Positions 29,061 to 39,739 of a stretch of DNA of 64,000 nt are shown here, in pieces. The position numbers were made by a program, and so were the translations under genes. The notes under the pieces are model-generated. The model was not told the DNA's origin, searched no databases, and saw nothing but the letters and a program-made list of their open reading frames with translations. The stretch lies in contig JAUSCZ010000029.1 in assembly GCA_030674475.1 (NCBI GenBank), positions 66,357-130,356 of the forward strand, in the 5' to 3' direction. This DNA comes from Candidatus Omnitrophota bacterium. Lineage in GTDB: Bacteria; Omnitrophota; Gorgyraeia; Gygaellales; UBA12090. Position 1 is the first letter of the stretch; each line of letters starts with the position of its first letter.

Positions 29061-29699
29061 ATGATCATGCAATTTGGATGGGCACTCGTAGTCATCTTCG
29101 GACTATCAAGCTTGGTTCAGGATGCGAACGCCGCTACGACAGCTACCGCTGAAGTGGGCGTGGTGACGTCCGTGTCAGAAGGCAGTCTTTATATCGGCGG
29201 CATCCCACACAGCATTGCAACGGTTAATACTGGTTATGGGGATAAGCGTGTTGCGGTTCCTACAATGGGCGGAATGCAGCCGCTTCAAGTCGGGGAGTCC
29301 TTGACATTTTCGGGTCCAAACATTTTTATCAATTCCGATCCGGTCATAAACACGCGCGAGGGTTATATTTTTCGAGCGTCCGAAAAGAGCATGGCTGCAT
29401 TCATGGCGGATATGACAAGCAAGGCTCAGGCTCAAGCGGAGAAAGCAGCGAAGAACGGCATCCCGAATGCGGTGCCAACGATGCTTATGGAAACACCGGC
29501 GCAATTGCAGGAAAAAGCTCAGACCCAAGCCGCCGATGCCGCAAAATGGCGAACAGACCTGTTGCTTACACTCTTATCGCTGATAGTTGTTTTGTTAGCG
29601 TTTGAAAGAATGCAGCGTATAATAGTAGTTCCCATGCGGTGGATCAAATCCCGGTTTGCAAAACGGCCAATGCCTAAGACCGAAGAACCTGTGCGTTAG
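29061..29699 (+). CDS. Hypothetical protein with signal peptide and C-terminal TM helix
   Basis: 212-aa ORF with hydrophobic termini; no motif recognised. Confidence 0.6.
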   Translation: MIMQFGWALVVIFGLSSLVQDANAATTATAEVGVVTSVSEGSLYIGGIPHSIATVNTGYGDKRVAVPTMGGMQPLQVGESLTFSGPNIFINSDPVINTREGYIFRASEKSMAAFMADMTSKAQAQAEKAAKNGIPNAVPTMLMETPAQLQEKAQTQAADAAKWRTDLLLTLLSLIVVLLAFERMQRIIVVPMRWIKSRFAKRPMPKTEEPVR

Positions 29700-29745
29700 T
29701 TGACTGTCGCAAAAGTAGACCTTTTGCGACGTTGAAACAGAAAAC

Positions 29746-30081
29746 ATGAAGATAGTAGTTACTGAAAATGAAATAAAAACTTATAAGACGGAGGGCAATG
29801 CCTGCCTGCCGGCAAGGCAGGGTGTGGTTTCCGATAACCAAAGTCATAAATATCCTGATGATTTTATCAATAAAATTATCTGCGGCGATTGTCTTGAGTT
29901 AATTAAATCAATACCTGATAAGAAAATAGATTGCGTCATTACCGATCCCCCTTACGGCCTTAATAAGAATGGAATTAAAAATGATAAAGATTTAAGCTTA
30001 TTCTATAATATCCTCCCGGACTGTTATCGCGTTCTTAAAGATGACAGTTATTTTAGGCTTTTTGGAATCTCCAGCGGGTAA
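29746..30081 (+). pseudogene. Truncated N4/N6 DNA methyltransferase
   Basis: IICGDCLE, IDCVITDPPY and CYRVLKDD; ends before any SAM-binding FxGxG motif; a palindrome is inserted in the 5' part. Confidence 0.8.
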
Positions 30082-30084
30082 GAT

Positions 30085-30181
30085 AGAAATCCTCCCCTTA
30101 CCAAGGGGAGGCCGCCGCCGCTGGCGGGGCAGGCGGGGAGGGAAGAAATCCTCCCCTTACCAAGGGGAGGCGAGGAGGGGT
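30085..30181. repeat. Tandem pair of CCTCCCCTTACCAAGGGGAGG elements, the first with a nested insertion
   Basis: AGAAATCCTCCCCTTACCAAGGGGAGGC at 30085 and 30144, identical to 20219. Confidence 0.88.
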
Positions 30182-30560
30182 AAGAAAAGCGGCTTTGTGG
30201 TAAACGAATGAATTTGCTCACTCAAAACTTCAAAGAACCTAAAATCTTTTAAGAATTCGTCTGACCTTTTGGGCAAGTCATCTGTTTCGGGGGATAAGCT
30301 AAGATATGTTATTAGCCAAAGTAACGTTCAAAATCTTTTAAATTTAATGAAAGTTTTCGGTATGGCCTCCAAACGTCATAATTACGATATTGTTCAAATT
30401 ATTCAAACATTGCTTAAAATAATTGGGTGATCATTATGCAAGGAAAATCGCGGAATTTTATAAAATTAAAATTGATAATACAGGTCCTGTTGATAAAATA
30501 GAGAAGACAATTAGAAATAGATTGAATAAGCTGGTTATTTGATGGTTTAAGTTTAAAATA

Positions 30561-31301
30561 ATGAGCTATAAGATAAAATTAGAGTTGTTTGAGGGGCCGC
30601 TGGATCTTTTGTTGTATCTGGTGAAGAAGGATCATTTGAATATCTGCGATATACCTGTTGCCCAGATTACCGACCAATACCTGCGGTATATGGAGCTGAT
30701 GCGCCTTTTGGACCTGAATATCGCCGGTGAATTCTTAGTAATGGCCTCTACCCTTATTCATATCAAATCCAAGATGCTACTTCCTCCTGAGCCTAAAGAA
30801 AATGAGCAAGAGGAAGAAGAGGATCCGCGTTCAGAATTGATTAAGAAGCTCCTGGAATATCAGAGATTTAAGGAGGCCGCCGGGCTCCTGCGCCAGAAAG
30901 AGCTCAGCCGTCAGAATATCTTTACCCGTAACCAGAGCCCCGTGCCGGTAAATTCCGGCGAAGAGGTTTATTTTGAGGCCAGCCTTTTTGACCTTCTCTC
31001 GGCTTTTTCCAAGGCCCTTAAAGATATCCCCCGGGAATTATTTTATGAGGTAATCAAAGATGAGTTCACAGTTGAGGAGAAGATTCACGATTTATTGCAT
31101 ATTCTTTTAAATGAGTCTTCTTTGCAGTTGAGCTATTTATTCGCTAAGGTTAAGAACCAGGTGGAAATGGTGGTTACTTTCTTAGCCGTATTAGAGCTTA
31201 TCCGCCTGAAAGAGATTGTTATAGTTCAGAAGGATATCTTCGGTGAGATTCAGGTTATCCGTAATCAGGAGAGAATAACTTCTTATGGGACAAGAGTATA
31301 A
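30561..31301 (+). CDS. scpA: Segregation and condensation protein A
   Basis: FEGPLDLLLYL, EFLVMASTLIHIKSKMLLP and VTFLAVLEL motifs. Confidence 0.95.
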   Translation: MSYKIKLELFEGPLDLLLYLVKKDHLNICDIPVAQITDQYLRYMELMRLLDLNIAGEFLVMASTLIHIKSKMLLPPEPKENEQEEEEDPRSELIKKLLEYQRFKEAAGLLRQKELSRQNIFTRNQSPVPVNSGEEVYFEASLFDLLSAFSKALKDIPRELFYEVIKDEFTVEEKIHDLLHILLNESSLQLSYLFAKVKNQVEMVVTFLAVLELIRLKEIVIVQKDIFGEIQVIRNQERITSYGTRV

Positions 31302-32352
31302 TCCGGTTTTAGTCAAGAATAAGAATAATAATCCAAAGAATGCTTCTTCCGCCCTGATTAAGGCCCAGGAGAGCGATGAAGACGTAGTTTTAAATCTTTC
31401 GCTGCGTCCGGCGAGGCTTTCGGAGTTTATCGGCCAGAAGGACCTGGCGGATAATCTAAAGATTGCTATTACCGCCGCGGGTATCAGGGGCGAGCCTTTG
31501 GAGCATATTCTTTTTGACGGGCCCCCCGGACTCGGAAAAACCTCGTTGGCCCATATCGTCTCTCATGAGATGTCCGGCAAAATTACCGCCACTTCCGGCC
31601 CGGCTATCGAGCGGGCCGGGGACTTAATCGGGATATTAACCAACTTAGAAAAAGGGGATATTCTTTTTATTGATGAGATACACCGGCTTTCCAAGGTGGT
31701 GGAGGAGTTTTTATATCCGGCAATGGAGAATTTTCAGATAGATTTTATCATTGATAAAGGCCCTTATGCCAAAACCATCAAGTTTAACCTTAAGCCCTTT
31801 ACTTTAATCGGAGCAACTACCAGGCAGGGGCTGTTGAGCGCGCCTTTAAGGGGAAGATTCGGGATGTTTTATCATCTTGATTTTTATGAAGTAGAAGACC
31901 TGGCTAAGATTATCCGCAATTCGGCCAAGCTTCTTAGCGTGGATATTGACGAGGAGGCCTGCCGCTGTATAGGACAGCGCGCCCGGGGCACCCCCAGGAT
32001 TGCCAATCGTCTTTTAAGAAGGGCTCGCGATTACGCCCAGGTGAATAAAATAAAAAACATTAATGCCGAAAGCGCCTGTAGCGCCTTAGATAACCTGGGT
32101 GTGGATACCATGGGCTTAGACGACTTTGACCGTAAGGTCTTAAGGACTATTGTCGAAACCTATAGCGGAGGTCCGGTAGGAATTGAATCCCTGGCCGCCA
32201 CCTTAAATGAAGAGATAGATACCCTGGCGGACGCGGTTGAACCCTATCTTCTTAAGGCCGGTTTTCTTAAGCGCACTCCCCGGGGTAGGGAAGCGATGGA
32301 TCTTGCCTTTACGCATTTGGGATTGCCGAGAAAACAAAAAGAGCTTTTTTAA
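31285..32352 (+). CDS. ruvB: Holliday junction branch migration helicase RuvB
   Basis: GPPGLGKT, FIDEIHRL, LYPAMEN and RGTPRIANRLLRR motifs. Confidence 0.97.
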   Translation: MGQEYNPVLVKNKNNNPKNASSALIKAQESDEDVVLNLSLRPARLSEFIGQKDLADNLKIAITAAGIRGEPLEHILFDGPPGLGKTSLAHIVSHEMSGKITATSGPAIERAGDLIGILTNLEKGDILFIDEIHRLSKVVEEFLYPAMENFQIDFIIDKGPYAKTIKFNLKPFTLIGATTRQGLLSAPLRGRFGMFYHLDFYEVEDLAKIIRNSAKLLSVDIDEEACRCIGQRARGTPRIANRLLRRARDYAQVNKIKNINAESACSALDNLGVDTMGLDDFDRKVLRTIVETYSGGPVGIESLAATLNEEIDTLADAVEPYLLKAGFLKRTPRGREAMDLAFTHLGLPRKQKELF

Positions 32353-32357
32353 GCCTT

Positions 32358-32476
32358 TGCCGCCGATGGTGGCACCCCGCCATTCGGCGGTGGCAGCCTT
32401 CAGCGGTTGAGCTTTTAGCTGATAGCCGATGGCTTGCGCCGTAGGCGCATCCGCCTGCGGCCGAGAGAGCTGATAA
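32358..32476. repeat. AGCTGAT/AGCCTTC heptamer element with nested CCGCC..GGCGG mini-hairpins
   Basis: TGCCGCCGATGGTGGCA, CCGCCATTCGGCGG and TGCGCCGTAGGCGCA among AGCTGAT/AGCCGAT units; related to 2751-2809. Confidence 0.7.
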
Positions 32477-32480
32477 CGAA

Positions 32481-33011
32481 GTGAAAGTTTTACTACATAC
32501 CTGCTGCGGGCCCTGCGTTATCTATCCGCTGGAGATTTTACGTAAAGAAGGCTTTGAGGTGGAAGGTTATTTTTACAATCCTAATATCTATCCTCAAGAA
32601 GAATTTATAAAGCGCAGAGACGTTTTTTTAAGTTTCGCCGAGTCTGAAAAACTTAAAATTCATATTCCCCAATATAAGGAAGATGAGTATTATGGCGCGG
32701 TTACGGATAATCGCACACCTGAGCGCTGCCTAAGCTGTTGGGATTTAAGGCTTCTTAAAACCGCGGAGTTTGCCAAAGCAAATAATTTCTCCGTTTTTAC
32801 TACCGCCCTTTTGGTCAGCCCCTACCAGGACATTGAAGCAATAGGCACTATCGGACAGCGGATTTCTAAACATTTAGAGGTGGAATTTCTGTTTCGGGAT
32901 TTCCGAGCCGGTTTCCGGGAAGCCCACACCAAAGCCAGGGCCCTGGGTATGTATTGCCAGAAATACTGCGGCTGTAAGTGTTCTTTGGAAGAAAGGATGA
33001 TGAAACGGTAA
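32481..33011 (+). CDS. queH: Epoxyqueuosine reductase QueH
   Basis: LLHTCCGPC, FYNPNI, CLSCWDLRL and QKYCGC; near queA and tgt. Confidence 0.9.
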   Translation: MKVLLHTCCGPCVIYPLEILRKEGFEVEGYFYNPNIYPQEEFIKRRDVFLSFAESEKLKIHIPQYKEDEYYGAVTDNRTPERCLSCWDLRLLKTAEFAKANNFSVFTTALLVSPYQDIEAIGTIGQRISKHLEVEFLFRDFRAGFREAHTKARALGMYCQKYCGCKCSLEERMMKR

Positions 33012-33235
33012 TGTCGGGCTTAGGGGATTTAGGAAAGATTTTGATATTTTTGGGGTTGGTGATTGTTTTGTTGGGCGTGTTTTTGCTTATCTTCGGTAAG
33101 ATTCCCTTTCTGGGAAAGCTTCCCGGAGATATTTATGTCAGCAGAAAAAATTTTACCTTTTATTTCCCTTTAGCGACATGTATATTGCTTAGTCTTATAC
33201 TTTCGCTTATCGCGCGCGTATGGTCAAAAAAATAG
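33011..33235 (+). CDS. DUF2905 family small membrane protein
   Basis: LGKLPGDI...FYFPLATCILLS; ATG at 33011. Confidence 0.85.
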   Translation: MSGLGDLGKILIFLGLVIVLLGVFLLIFGKIPFLGKLPGDIYVSRKNFTFYFPLATCILLSLILSLIARVWSKK

Positions 33236-34356
33236 CTGTTTTCTGGTTGTTTCTGGGGTTGAGTTTTATATATCCGGCCCGCGGCATTTATGCTGATGAA
33301 GCCGTGCGCATAGCCATACTTCAGGATTCTGCCTCTTTTTATCTTAGGGTTAAGGGCGCTTTTGAAATTCAGGATGAAAGCGGCAGGTCAGTTTATAAGG
33401 GGAAAAATCTTAAAAGCCGTCCGATTAAGGCTGATTCCGGAAAAATAATCCTTCCGGGAGCGGTTTTAAATCTTTCCCGGTTCAGGATATTTTCCAAGAA
33501 CGGGTATATCTATATAAATAATCGTCTTTATAGAGGAGTAGTCAGCATTATTCCTAAAGATACTACCCGTTTTTTAGTGGTCAACGAATTAGACCTAGAG
33601 CATTATCTGCGGGGAATCCTTTGTAACGAAATTGCTCCCTGGTGGCCGCTGGACGCCCTTAAGGCTCAGGCGGTGGTGGCCAGGACTTACGCCCTCTACC
33701 AAAGGCAGTTCACTAAAAACAAAGATTTTGATTTAACCAATGACATCTATTCCCAGGTGTATGGAGGCAAAACCTCGGAAAAATGGCGTTCCAACCGGGC
33801 GGTAGATTTGACCAAGGGTGAAATTTTAACTTTTAAGGGAAATCTATTCCCGGCCTATTATCATGCCGCCTGCGGCGGGCACACCGAAGACGCGAGCATG
33901 CTCTGGAAAGTTGATCTCGCGCCGCTTAAAGGTGTCCGGTGTGTTTTTTGCGCCGCTTCGCCGCATTTTAAATGGCAGGCTGAAATTTCATCTGAGGAGA
34001 TAAAATCTAAACTTTCAGCTAAAGGTTTTAAAATGGACTATTTTGATGAGATTGAAATCGTCAGCCTTAATCCCTCAGGAAGAATTAACGAGCTGGAAAT
34101 TAAAAGCGCGGACAATAGCTTAGTTATCAGCGCGAAGGATTTTCGTCAGGCCCTGGGCCCTAATTTAATCCGTAGTACGAATTTTACCCTGAAAATAATT
34201 TCCGCTAAGGTTTATTTCGCGGGATTAGGCTGGGGCCACGGAGTGGGGCTGTGCCAGTGGGGAATGCATGAACTGGCCAAAAGCGGAAAAAACTATAAAG
34301 AGATCCTGGAATACTATTACCCTGAATCCAAGTTAACCAGGAGATTATTATTTTAA
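33220..34356 (+). CDS. SpoIID/LytB domain protein
   Basis: LEHYLRGIL..E, ALKAQAVVARTYA, SQVYGG and GWGHGVGLCQWG motifs. Confidence 0.92.
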   Translation: MVKKIAVFWLFLGLSFIYPARGIYADEAVRIAILQDSASFYLRVKGAFEIQDESGRSVYKGKNLKSRPIKADSGKIILPGAVLNLSRFRIFSKNGYIYINNRLYRGVVSIIPKDTTRFLVVNELDLEHYLRGILCNEIAPWWPLDALKAQAVVARTYALYQRQFTKNKDFDLTNDIYSQVYGGKTSEKWRSNRAVDLTKGEILTFKGNLFPAYYHAACGGHTEDASMLWKVDLAPLKGVRCVFCAASPHFKWQAEISSEEIKSKLSAKGFKMDYFDEIEIVSLNPSGRINELEIKSADNSLVISAKDFRQALGPNLIRSTNFTLKIISAKVYFAGLGWGHGVGLCQWGMHELAKSGKNYKEILEYYYPESKLTRRLLF

Positions 34357-34381
34357 TTCTGAATACTTTATACAGTAATTT

Positions 34382-34437
34382 GTAGCGGTTGCCGTAAGGC
34401 AACGGATATTGCAGGGTCAGCGGACGCTGACCCCTAC
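34382..34437. repeat. GTAG-type REP doublet
   Basis: GTAGCGGTTGCCGTAAGGCAAC ... GGGTCAGCGGACGCTGACCCCTAC. Confidence 0.7.
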
Positions 34438-34468
34438 TATGGTAACAGCCCGCCAGGCGGGATAAAAA

Positions 34469-35143
34469 ATGAAAAAGCGCATCAAAATTCAAGGCCTGTC
34501 CATTTTTATTTCAATTGTGATAACCGTTTTTCTGCATAAATGGCTCTTTCCGCAATGGAAAAGGCAGTTGTTTAATGAATTATTTAATTTCTTGGGAGTT
34601 GTCTTGGTTTTATTCGGTTTCCTCTTTCGCGTTTGTGCCCGGGGACATAAGGAAGAAAAATCTTCCCAGGGCCGGAGCCTGGTTAAGGACGGACCCTACG
34701 CCCTGATAAGAAATCCCATGTATTTTGGCACCCTCTTAATCGGGATAGGAACCATAGCCATTCTTTTTCAATTTTGGACAATTTTTTTGTTTCTGGCAGT
34801 ATTTTTATTAATATATATTCCCCAGGTCAGAAAAGAAGAGGCTTTATTATCAGCAATATTTAAGGAGGAATACCGGGAATATTCTAAAGCCGTGCCCGGA
34901 TATTTTCCCCATATCCGGTCTTTATTAAATCTCCGGAAACATCTGGACTTAAAATTATCCTGGGTAAAAAAGGAGCTTTCCTCTTTTATTTTTACCATGA
35001 TAGTAATATCAGCCATAGAAATCTGGGAGGATACGTGGTTATTCGGCTTGCTTGAGCTTATAAAAAAGCCGCTGGAGTTAGTCTTGGTTATTTTATTTCT
35101 GGTTCTTCTTTTGTTTTTATTTCGTCAAAAAAAACTCAAATAA
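34469..35143 (+). CDS. Isoprenylcysteine carboxylmethyltransferase-family membrane protein
   Basis: LVKDGPYALIRNPMYFG and EEALL..F..EY motifs. Confidence 0.85.
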   Translation: MKKRIKIQGLSIFISIVITVFLHKWLFPQWKRQLFNELFNFLGVVLVLFGFLFRVCARGHKEEKSSQGRSLVKDGPYALIRNPMYFGTLLIGIGTIAILFQFWTIFLFLAVFLLIYIPQVRKEEALLSAIFKEEYREYSKAVPGYFPHIRSLLNLRKHLDLKLSWVKKELSSFIFTMIVISAIEIWEDTWLFGLLELIKKPLELVLVILFLVLLLFLFRQKKLK

Positions 35144-36171
35144 TGTTTAACCTTTCAGATTTCGATTACTCTCTGCCTAAAGAGCTTATTGCTCAGGAAC
35201 CCTTAGCTAAGCGGGATTCTTCGCGTTTGCTGGTGGTTGACCGCCAGAAGAAAACCATCGCGCAACAGCTGTTTAAAGACCTGCCGAAATATCTCCAGGA
35301 AGACGATCTCCTGGTGTTGAATAATACCAAGGTTGTTCCGGCAAGGTTGTTAGGCTTTAAGAAAGACACCCTGGGTAAAGTTGATGCCCTTCTGGTAAGC
35401 AGGCTTTCCGATAATAAATTTCAAGTTTTACTCCGGCCAGCCTTAAGAGTTAATCAAGAAATTGTCTTTAACCACGGTTCAGTTAAAGCCAGGGTGATTG
35501 AGCCAGGGATCCTGGAATTTGACCAGGATGTATCTGCTGAAATTCTGGAGAAAATTGGGGTTATGCCTTTGCCGCCGTATATCAAAAGAACGCCCCGGCT
35601 TGAGGATAATCAGCGTTATCAGACCGTATATGCCCGCAATCCCGGAGCGATTGCCAGTCCCACCGCGGGATTACATTTTACCGCGGAGTTAATCGCCAAG
35701 CTAAAAAATAAAGGCGTAGAAATAGCGTATCTTAGCCTGCATACGGGATTGGGCACCTTTAAGCCGGTAAAAACCGAAGATATCCGGACCCATAAGATGG
35801 AAAAAGAGGAATTCCTCATTCCTCAGGAAACCCTGGAATTATTAAGCCAGGCCCAAAAGAATAAGCAAAGAATATTCGCCGTAGGCACTACCACCACCAG
35901 GGCGCTGGAGACTACCGCTCTTCAGCCGCTAGCCGCCCCTGCCGTTGGCGAGGCAAGCAGTCTTCATGGCTATGCTGATCTTTTCATCTACCCCGGCTAC
36001 AACTTTAAAGTGGTGGATTGCTTATTGACCAATTTCCACTTACCCAAGACTACTCTTTTTATGCTGGTGTGCGCCTTGGCCGGCAGGGATTTGATAATAC
36101 GGGCCTATCAGGAGGCGATTAAACAGAAATACCGGTTTTACAGTTACGGCGACGCGATGCTGATTTTATAA
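35143..36171 (+). CDS. queA: SAM:tRNA ribosyltransferase-isomerase QueA
   Basis: FDYSLPKELIAQ, PLPPYI, ASPTAGLHF, TNFHLP and RFYSYGDAML motifs. Confidence 0.97.
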   Translation: MFNLSDFDYSLPKELIAQEPLAKRDSSRLLVVDRQKKTIAQQLFKDLPKYLQEDDLLVLNNTKVVPARLLGFKKDTLGKVDALLVSRLSDNKFQVLLRPALRVNQEIVFNHGSVKARVIEPGILEFDQDVSAEILEKIGVMPLPPYIKRTPRLEDNQRYQTVYARNPGAIASPTAGLHFTAELIAKLKNKGVEIAYLSLHTGLGTFKPVKTEDIRTHKMEKEEFLIPQETLELLSQAQKNKQRIFAVGTTTTRALETTALQPLAAPAVGEASSLHGYADLFIYPGYNFKVVDCLLTNFHLPKTTLFMLVCALAGRDLIIRAYQEAIKQKYRFYSYGDAMLIL

Positions 36172-36202
36172 ATCCAGAATAAAATTATGCAAAAAGAAGC
36201 CA

Positions 36203-36448
36203 GAGCCGGAATTTGAAAAGTTTGTCGCGATTTATAAGCCGGATAACAAATACGCGCTTCCAATAAAAAATTATCTCAAAGCGTATATTACAGATTCCGA
36301 AATTCGCGACATTGTAGAAACTAAAGAATACGGTCGATTTGCCACTAATCCAAAGGTTACCATGAAAGATTTTCGCGAACTCAACGGCTATCGCGAAGTC
36401 GTGCCGGAATATGTAAAGGACTATGTTTCTATTAACACTTTTATGTGA
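36203..36448 (+). pseudogene. Start-less 3' gene fragment, resembling the C-terminus of a restriction helicase/R subunit
   Basis: Open frame EPEFEKFVAIYKPD...KAYITDSEIRDIVETKEYG...VPEYVKDYVSINTFM*; family assignment is from memory and unverified. Confidence 0.5.
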
Positions 36449-36457
36449 GGAATTTTC

Positions 36458-37303
36458 ATGAAAAAAGACAAACAAGTTGTAATTTTTGAAGGCAAGAAAA
36501 TTCGTAGAGTGTGGGATGAAAAACAAGAAAAGTGGTATTTTTCAGTGGTTGATATAGTGAGTGTTTTGACGGATCAAGCTAATTTTCAATTAGCCAGAAA
36601 TTATTGGAAAGTATTAAAAAACCGTTTAAAAAAAGAAGGAAGTCAAGTGGTTACAGATTGTAACCGGTTGAAAATGCTGGCCGAAGATGGAAAATTAAGA
36701 GAAACCGATGCCGCCGATGTAGAGGCAGTTTTGCGATTAGTGCAATCTGTTCCGAGCCCCAAAGCCGAACCAATAAAAATGTGGTTGGCAAAAGTTGGCT
36801 ATGAAAGGATACAAGAAACGGTTGATCCGGAAAAATCCATTACCAGGGGGCGCAAAAATTGGCAAAGAATGGGCCGCAGTGGGAAATGGATCCAACAAAG
36901 AATGATGGGGCAGGAAATTAGAAACAAATTAACGGATTATTGGAAAAATAATGAAGTTAAAGAACAAGACGAATACGCGATTTTGACGAATATCATTCAT
37001 AAGGAGTGGAGCGATTTATCGGTTAAAAAACATAAATCGCTGAAAAATCTCAAAACGGAAAATTTACGTGATCATATGACTGACGCGGAACTGGTTTTTA
37101 CTGCCCTGGCTGAACTTTCAACAAGGCAAATCGCTGAAACAGTGGAGGCGAAAGGTTTAGAAGAAAATAAAATTCCCGCGCGAAAAGGCGGGAGAATTGC
37201 CAAAAACGCGCGGCTGGAATTAGAACAAAAAACCGGCAAAAAAGTAGTGAGCGATGAAAATTTTAAATTAGCCATTGGAAATAAAAAGCGTTTGAAGAAA
37301 TAA
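36458..37303 (+). CDS. Bro-N / phage antirepressor-like DNA-binding protein
   Basis: [43 protein letters not shown] and NLRDHMT motifs. Confidence 0.85.
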   Translation: MKKDKQVVIFEGKKIRRVWDEKQEKWYFSVVDIVSVLTDQANFQLARNYWKVLKNRLKKEGSQVVTDCNRLKMLAEDGKLRETDAADVEAVLRLVQSVPSPKAEPIKMWLAKVGYERIQETVDPEKSITRGRKNWQRMGRSGKWIQQRMMGQEIRNKLTDYWKNNEVKEQDEYAILTNIIHKEWSDLSVKKHKSLKNLKTENLRDHMTDAELVFTALAELSTRQIAETVEAKGLEENKIPARKGGRIAKNARLELEQKTGKKVVSDENFKLAIGNKKRLKK

Positions 37304-37385
37304 CCATGCTTAACGCAGAAGGCGGAATGGGCAGGAAGTAAAACAATTTTCAGGTCTTTTTGGTTTTGCCATTTTAATTTTCTAA

Positions 37386-38617
<1,232 letters not shown>

Positions 38618-39310
38618 ATGCTCATTGATATAATCACTATTTTTCCTGAGGTGTGTAAGCCTTATCTGGATTCTTCTATTTTGGGCATTGCCCAGGAAAA
38701 AGGAAAACTGGAAATACGCCTGCATAATTTGCGGGATTACACCTTAGATAAACATCGTAAAGTTGACGACCGCCCCTTCGGGGGAGGCCCGGGAATGATC
38801 CTGACCGCCGAGCCGGTATTTAGGGCAGTTGAAGCAATTAAGCGGACAGCGGACAGCGGACAGCGGACCACCAAGGTAATATTGCTGACTCCCCAGGGAA
38901 AAACCTTAAATCAAAAGCTGGCTGAGAAATTATCTAAACGCAAGCATTTAATATTAATCTGCGGACGGTATGAAGGGGTGGATGAGCGGGTGCGTGAGTC
39001 TTTGGTTGATGAGGAGATTTCCATAGGCGACTATATTTTAAGCGGGGGAGAGCTGGCGGCGCTGGTGTTGACGGATTCACTGGCCAGGCTTTTGCCCGGA
39101 GTTTTAGGCCATAAAGATTCTAATGTGCGCGAGTCTTTTAGCAATAATCTCCTGGAGTATCCCCAGTATACCCGCCCGGCGGATTTTCGCGGCCTGGGCG
39201 TTCCGCAAGTGCTCTTATCCGGGGATCATAAGAAAATAGAGGAATGGAGGAAGCATCAGGCAGTTAAAATAACTAAGAAAAAGAGGCCGGATTTATTAAG
39301 GGGTCCATAG
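38618..39310 (+). CDS. trmD: tRNA (guanine37-N1)-methyltransferase
   Basis: VDDRPFGGGPGM, CGRYEGVDER, SIGDYILSGGE and LEYPQYTRP motifs. Confidence 0.97.
   Translation: MLIDIITIFPEVCKPYLDSSILGIAQEKGKLEIRLHNLRDYTLDKHRKVDDRPFGGGPGMILTAEPVFRAVEAIKRTADSGQRTTKVILLTPQGKTLNQKLAEKLSKRKHLILICGRYEGVDERVRESLVDEEISIGDYILSGGELAALVLTDSLARLLPGVLGHKDSNVRESFSNNLLEYPQYTRPADFRGLGVPQVLLSGDHKKIEEWRKHQAVKITKKKRPDLLRGP
38841..38868 (+). repeat. Perfect heptamer tandem repeat (AGCGGAC)x4 inside trmD
   Basis: AGCGGACAGCGGACAGCGGACAGCGGAC. Confidence 0.95.
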
Positions 39311-39355
39311 TCGATAGTCTATAGTCCATTGACTATTAAAAGTGAGGTGAACAAA

Positions 39356-39718
39356 ATGATAGATAAGATAAAACTTATTGAGGGCGAACTTAGCGCGAAA
39401 GAAATGCCTAAGTTTAATATCGGTGATACCATAAAGGTGTTGACTAAAATTCCCGAAGGAGATAAGGTGAGACTGCACCCTTTTGAGGGAGTGGTGATTG
39501 CCAAAAACGGCTCAGGAGTCAGAACTACCTTTACCGTGCGCAAGGTGTCTTTTGGCGAAGGGATAGAGAGGGTTTTCCCGCTTTATTCTCCGGCAATTGA
39601 CAGTATCAAGTTAGTTTTCAGCGGCCGGGTCAAGCGGGCCAAGCTTTATTATTTAAGAGGGAAAATCGGTAAAGAAGCCAAAATAAAACCGGCAGTTAAG
39701 GCCGCAAAGAAGGCGTAA
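39356..39718 (+). CDS. rplS: 50S ribosomal protein L19
   Basis: FEGVVIA, TFTVRKVSFGEGIERVFP and RAKLYYLR; SD GAGGTG before ATG 39356. Confidence 0.97.
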   Translation: MIDKIKLIEGELSAKEMPKFNIGDTIKVLTKIPEGDKVRLHPFEGVVIAKNGSGVRTTFTVRKVSFGEGIERVFPLYSPAIDSIKLVFSGRVKRAKLYYLRGKIGKEAKIKPAVKAAKKA

Positions 39719-39739
39719 AAGCTTGCCTATCACCAAATA

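Noticed and set aside
35920-35965. Possible repeat-derived insertion in queA (ALQPLAAPAVGEASSL)
   Set aside because: It resembles the nested elements, but the region is naturally variable and the signal is too weak without an alignment
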